Source: Elusimicrobiota bacterium (GTDB lineage Bacteria; Elusimicrobiota; Elusimicrobia; UBA1565). Taken from it: a DNA stretch of 35,235 bases. Where the stretch lies: positions 1 through 35,235 of the forward strand of contig JBDREN010000235.1 of the NCBI GenBank assembly GCA_043819795.1. Direction: 5' to 3'. Of the stretch, positions 26,493-35,235 are shown piece after piece. Made by a program: the position numbers and the translations under genes. A model generated the notes under the pieces. It was not told the DNA's origin, ran no database searches, and was given only the letters and a program-made list of their open reading frames with translations. The first letter of the stretch is position 1. Each line of letters begins with the position of its first letter.

Positions 26493-27913
26493 GGCGTTCT
26501 CTCGGGCTCGTCCTTCCTCCCGCCCTGGCCGTAGCGCTGTATTTCCTGTCGAAGGGTTCCGGCCTGCCGGACGCCGGGCGCGCGACCGCGGCCGTCGCGG
26601 TCCTTATGGCCGGCTGGTGGCTCACCGAGGCGCTGCCGCTGGCGGCTACGTCTCTGGTGCCGGTGGCGCTCTTCCCGCTCGTCGGCGCCGCCTCCATCCA
26701 GCGGGCCGCGGCCCCATACGCGCACAAGCTCGTATTCCTCTTCATGGGGGGGTTCATGATCGCGGCGGCCATGGAGCGATGGGAGCTGCACCGGCGCATC
26801 GCCCTCCTCACGGTCTCCAAAGTCGGAGCGCGCCCGGCCCGGATCGTCGCGGGGTTCATGCTGGCGACCGCGTTCCTGAGCCTCTGGGTCTCCAACACGG
26901 CGACGACGCTCATGATGCTCCCGATCGGGATGAGCGTGGTGGCCCTGGTGGCGGGCGGGGCGCGGGAGGAGACCGCCGGCCGCAACTTCGCGACATGCCT
27001 CGTCTTGGGCATCGCCTACTCGGCCTCGATCGGGGGCATCGGGACCTTGATCGGGACCCCGCCGAACGCTCTCCTGGCGGCCTTCATGGAGCAGCAGTAC
27101 GGCGAGGCCTTGTCCTTCAGCGGCTGGCTGGGGATCGGCCTGCCGGTAGCGGCCGCGATGCTGCCTCTGTGCTGGGTCCTGCTGACGAAGGTCCTGTTCC
27201 CGATCCGGATGGCCGAGGTCCCCGGCGGGCGGGAGCTCCTGGATCGCGAGCTCGCGCGCTTGGGGCCGATGGGCCCCGCCGAGCGCCGCGTGCTGGCGGT
27301 TTTCGTGATAGTGGCCTTGACGTGGTGCCTGCGGCCGCTGCTCGCGAGGGCGGCCCCGGCGGTCTTCGGCTCCCTCGACGACGCCGGCGTGGCGATCCTG
27401 GGGGCGCTCGCGCTGTTCATCCTCCCCTCCGGCGAGGAGGAAGGGGGGCGGGTGCTGGACTGGAAGGCGGCCGAGCGTCTCCCGTGGGGGGTGCTGCTCC
27501 TTTTCGGGGGAGGGCTGAGCCTCGCCTTGGCCATCAGCGACACCGGCCTGGCCGGGTTCCTGGGCGGGCTCTTCTCGGGGCTGAAGGGCGTCGGCCCCCT
27601 GGGGCTGGCGCTGCTCGTGACCGCGATGATCGTGCTCCTCACCGAGCTCACGAGCAACACCGCGACGACGGCGGCCTTCCTGCCGATCTTCGCCGCCGTG
27701 GCCGCGGGCGCGGGGGTGCCGCCGCGGATGCTGCTGTTCGCGACCGCGCTCGGCGCGAGCTGCGCGTTCATGATGCCCGTGGCTACCCCGCCGAACGCGA
27801 TCGTCTTCGCCTCGGGGAACGTGACGATGCGGCAGATGTTCCGGGCGGGGGTCTGGCTGAACGCGGCCGCCATCGTTGTGATCACGGCGTGGGTCTGGTG
27901 CACGCAAGGGTAG
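26489..27913 (+). CDS. DASS/SLC13 sodium:dicarboxylate or sulfate symporter
   Basis: SNTAT twice, IGTPPN, PVATPPNAIVF, PWGVLLLFGGG. Confidence 0.92.
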   Translation: MRRSLGLVLPPALAVALYFLSKGSGLPDAGRATAAVAVLMAGWWLTEALPLAATSLVPVALFPLVGAASIQRAAAPYAHKLVFLFMGGFMIAAAMERWELHRRIALLTVSKVGARPARIVAGFMLATAFLSLWVSNTATTLMMLPIGMSVVALVAGGAREETAGRNFATCLVLGIAYSASIGGIGTLIGTPPNALLAAFMEQQYGEALSFSGWLGIGLPVAAAMLPLCWVLLTKVLFPIRMAEVPGGRELLDRELARLGPMGPAERRVLAVFVIVALTWCLRPLLARAAPAVFGSLDDAGVAILGALALFILPSGEEEGGRVLDWKAAERLPWGVLLLFGGGLSLALAISDTGLAGFLGGLFSGLKGVGPLGLALLVTAMIVLLTELTSNTATTAAFLPIFAAVAAGAGVPPRMLLFATALGASCAFMMPVATPPNAIVFASGNVTMRQMFRAGVWLNAAAIVVITAWVWCTQG

Positions 27914-27917
27914 GGAT

Positions 27918-28850
27918 CTAGGCTTTCTTGACGCCGAAGCCGCTGAGGATCGAGGCGCCCGCGCCCGCCGCGGCCACGGCCACGCAGACCAGCCACTTGA
28001 CGAGCGGGATCCACTGAAGCGCCTTGAGCAGGACCATTCCGACGATCACGCTCACGATGGGGCTCTTCCACCGTCCCGAGGCGAGCCGCTCGCCGATCAG
28101 GTAGGCCAGGGCGGCGAATCCCCATACGTAGGCGGCCGCGGCGGCCGCGAACAGAAGCGGGATCAGCGGGATGCCGATCAGCGACAGCACGAGGGTCGCC
28201 GTGACCACGCCCAGGCAGGGCCAGGCCAGGATTCCGACGAGCACGCTCTTGAGGGGCTTCTTTCCCATCAGGTCCTTCGTGGCGGCGAGGGCCTTGGGGA
28301 AGAGGGCGATCAGGACGAGGCCGAGGACGATCCATCCGAGGCTCGCCGAACCCTTGGCGATTAGGTAGAGGCCGGCCCAGGCGGCCGCGAGTGCCGCCAC
28401 GGCCGAGCCGCCCACGGCGCCCGCCCGCGCGAGGAGCTTGGCGCCGGGAGTGTCGACGATCGCGCCGCCGACCCGGCTTCCGGGGGCGCGTTCGGTCCTG
28501 CCTCCGATGGAGACCGCCGCGTCTTTGACCACTGCCTCGGGCCCCAGGCGTATGGAGCCGCCGAAGGCGACGGCCGAGCCCTCGACCGTCCCGTCCACCC
28601 CTATGGAGCCGCCGAAAGCCACCACGGAGCCGTCGACCGTCTCGCCCGCCTCGACGACGATCCCCTCCCCGAACTTGACCACGGTTCCGGACGCCGGGAG
28701 CTTCTCCGCCGGTTCCGACCGGACCTCGATCTTGACCGTCTTCTTTACCGGGCTCGCGGCGGATGCCGAGGCGCCGCCGGCTGCCGCGGGAACGGAAGCG
28801 CAGACCGCGAAAAAGGCTGCGAAGTGGATGGTCCTCAGGAGCGTGGTCAT
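27918..28850 (-). CDS. Membrane protein with bactofilin-like beta-helix repeats and a C-terminal TM bundle
   Basis: Signal peptide; repeats VDGSVVAFGGSI / VEGSAVAFGGSI / VKDAAVSIGG; several TM helices. Confidence 0.7.
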   Translation of the reverse strand: MTTLLRTIHFAAFFAVCASVPAAAGGASASAASPVKKTVKIEVRSEPAEKLPASGTVVKFGEGIVVEAGETVDGSVVAFGGSIGVDGTVEGSAVAFGGSIRLGPEAVVKDAAVSIGGRTERAPGSRVGGAIVDTPGAKLLARAGAVGGSAVAALAAAWAGLYLIAKGSASLGWIVLGLVLIALFPKALAATKDLMGKKPLKSVLVGILAWPCLGVVTATLVLSLIGIPLIPLLFAAAAAAYVWGFAALAYLIGERLASGRWKSPIVSVIVGMVLLKALQWIPLVKWLVCVAVAAAGAGASILSGFGVKKA

Positions 28851-28944
28851 TCCCCTATATCCTCCTTCCATAGCTTCGGGTTCTTGGTTCGGGCATTCTT
28901 GTATATACCCAATTGCCGGAAGGGGCGCAACTCGCGCCTCCTCG

Positions 28945-30063
28945 TCAGCTCCGGCGGCGCCGGCGCAGCAGCAGTATCCCGGGGATCAGCACCATCGTGA
29001 GCACCGCCGCTCCCAGAAGGTAGGCCGCCAGGTTTCCGCGGGGTTGCGCGTCTTCCTTCGGGGGAGCCTCCTCCTTCACGCCCTCGAAGGCGGACGCCCG
29101 CGTTCCTTCCTCGCGGCCTTCGGAGAGCCAGGAGCGGAAATCGGCGAACTGCCTTGATACGCGATACTCTCCGAGCCATCCGACGAGCGGGGCGGTCCGC
29201 GGGAGCAGGACGCCGACCACCTGGACCGCTCCCGGCTGGCCGCCGGGGCACGTGTACGGCTTGTAGATAAGCTCCCAGCCGTTCTTGAGCGTGTCGCCCG
29301 ACAGCTCCCCGGCCGAGCAGCCGTTCTCGTCCACCAGCCGGGTCTCGTTCTGGGCGAGGTAGGCCGATGTCATGGCCTGGACGTCCTGGGTCGAGCTTCC
29401 GGCGGCTTCCATGATGGCGGAGGCGCTCAGGGCGAAGCTCCATTGGGGCCCTTCGGCCATGACCCAGCCTTCGTCCCGGCCGTAGCTCCACCCGGGAACG
29501 GGGGAAAGAGTGAGGGCGCCGGCCGCGAGCCGTATCTCCGATTCCTGCGATCCGCCTTCCGGCGGGGCCTGCGCTGCCTGGGCCGGCGGGGCCTGCGCGG
29601 GCTCGGAGGGCGGCGGCGCCAGCGTGGCCAGGATGGCGCGGACCTCGGCGCCGGAAGGGCGCTTGGCGAGGAAGGAGTAGGCGCGGTCCGCGATTGAGAA
29701 GTAGCCGAAGTGGGTCTCGGCGCCCCGCTGCCCGAATCCGGCCAGGTAGCATGGGACTCCGGCTTGGGACTGGATATCCCCATCGGCCCGCACGCGCCGG
29801 CCCTTGCGCGAGAGCCGCCGTACGTCGGCCTGGAAACGTCCCCGCAGCGCCGCGGGCCCGAGCCGCTCGTTTAGGAGCACCACCGAGAATTCCGCGCGTC
29901 CCCATCGAAGGTCGAGCACCGTTTCGGGGCTTGACGGCTCCGCCGCCTGCCAGCCCTCCGGCGCGTCAAGAGTGAAGGCCCCGTCGGTCGATGGGACGCC
30001 GGCCGCGTTGAGCGGGCCGGCCAGGAGCGCAAGCGAAGCGGCGATGGAGGCAAGGCGCATCAT
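28945..30063 (-). CDS. Exported protein with C-terminal membrane anchor
   Basis: Signal peptide, two domains separated by a P/A/Q linker, terminal TM plus RRRRRS; TATAAT and GGAGGT upstream. Confidence 0.7.
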   Translation of the reverse strand: MMRLASIAASLALLAGPLNAAGVPSTDGAFTLDAPEGWQAAEPSSPETVLDLRWGRAEFSVVLLNERLGPAALRGRFQADVRRLSRKGRRVRADGDIQSQAGVPCYLAGFGQRGAETHFGYFSIADRAYSFLAKRPSGAEVRAILATLAPPPSEPAQAPPAQAAQAPPEGGSQESEIRLAAGALTLSPVPGWSYGRDEGWVMAEGPQWSFALSASAIMEAAGSSTQDVQAMTSAYLAQNETRLVDENGCSAGELSGDTLKNGWELIYKPYTCPGGQPGAVQVVGVLLPRTAPLVGWLGEYRVSRQFADFRSWLSEGREEGTRASAFEGVKEEAPPKEDAQPRGNLAAYLLGAAVLTMVLIPGILLLRRRRRS

Positions 30064-30224
30064 CGTCCAGGATACCTCCGGACGATTTCGAGTGTATTAT
30101 ATATTGGAGATATGGGGGTAGGGGCTGGGGTCCGTCCGTATCTGTCCGTCCGCATCAATGACCGAACTTGGACTCTCTCGGGATTCCCATAAGAGATCCC
30201 GGAAAGTCCCGTCTCAAATCTCGG

Positions 30225-34897
<4,673 letters not shown>

Positions 34898-34908
34898 AAC
34901 CCCTCCCC

Positions 34909-35235
34909 TTAACGCACCACCGCGAACTTGCCCGACTTGCGGATGTCGGCGTGTCCCGACTTCTCGGCCGTCATCGTGTAGAGGTACACCCCGCTGGGGA
35001 TGCGCCCGTCCCACGTGTACTCATAGGCGTACTTGGGCCCGCTCCCGTCGTCGATCACGGGCGGCGCGTCCTCCAGCGTCGCCTGGTGCGCCTGCTGGCC
35101 CGCCATGTTGTAGATCCGGAGCGTCACCTTATCCGCTATCCCCACCGCCGCGTGCAGGGTGGGCCGGGCTCCGCCCACCGCCGGGTTCGGGAACACGTAC
35201 ATGTCGCGCAGCGTGAAGCTCGGGTCCGCCGCACC
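34909..35235 (-). CDS. C-terminal end of a protein with T9SS type A-like / FlgD-Ig-like sorting domain (partial)
   Basis: YVFPNP...LRIYNMAGQ...WDG...SGVYLY...GKFAVVR; the frame is open to the window edge. Confidence 0.8.
   Translation of the reverse strand, partial: GAADPSFTLRDMYVFPNPAVGGARPTLHAAVGIADKVTLRIYNMAGQQAHQATLEDAPPVIDDGSGPKYAYEYTWDGRIPSGVYLYTMTAEKSGHADIRKSGKFAVVR

Overview
GC-rich bacterial chromosomal window. The gene mix (GIGT-repeat fibre proteins, TYYPxP proteins, a T9SS-A-like C-terminal domain, TPR-fused GT-C proteins) suggests an Elusimicrobiota-like lineage, which is inference only. Left to right: (1) a tRNA-Met(CAT) 3' fragment with att-like flanking repeats and a 177/178-bp tandem structured repeat; (2) an HTH plus degenerate LAGLIDADG-like protein and two exported proteins; (3) a minus-strand nucleotide-biosynthesis cluster (guaB3-like, double purS, purL, purQ, pyrD, pyrF, purN-purH fusion, TPR/GT-C gene), preceded by a promoter, a structured leader with a terminator-like end, and a 238-bp MITE; (4) a methyltransferase, a second GT-C/TPR gene and tRNA-Cys; (5) three minor type IV pilin-like genes followed by four tandem paralogous TYYPxP...MLCCK proteins; (6) an M23 peptidase, tatA-moaC-mog-tatC-DASS transporter and membrane proteins; (7) a secreted fibre operon (T9SS-A-like CTD protein, 1332-aa GIGT-repeat/coiled-coil fibre, collagen-like protein). 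The most striking observation is that the nucleotide cluster has fully open ORFs but carries substitutions at normally invariant active-site residues: the IMPDH catalytic Cys is lost, both PurL catalytic His are Arg, and PyrD and PurN substrate residues are changed. This points to a pseudoenzyme or repurposed pathway, or to early decay. Motif comparisons are from recalled consensus sequences; no searches were run.
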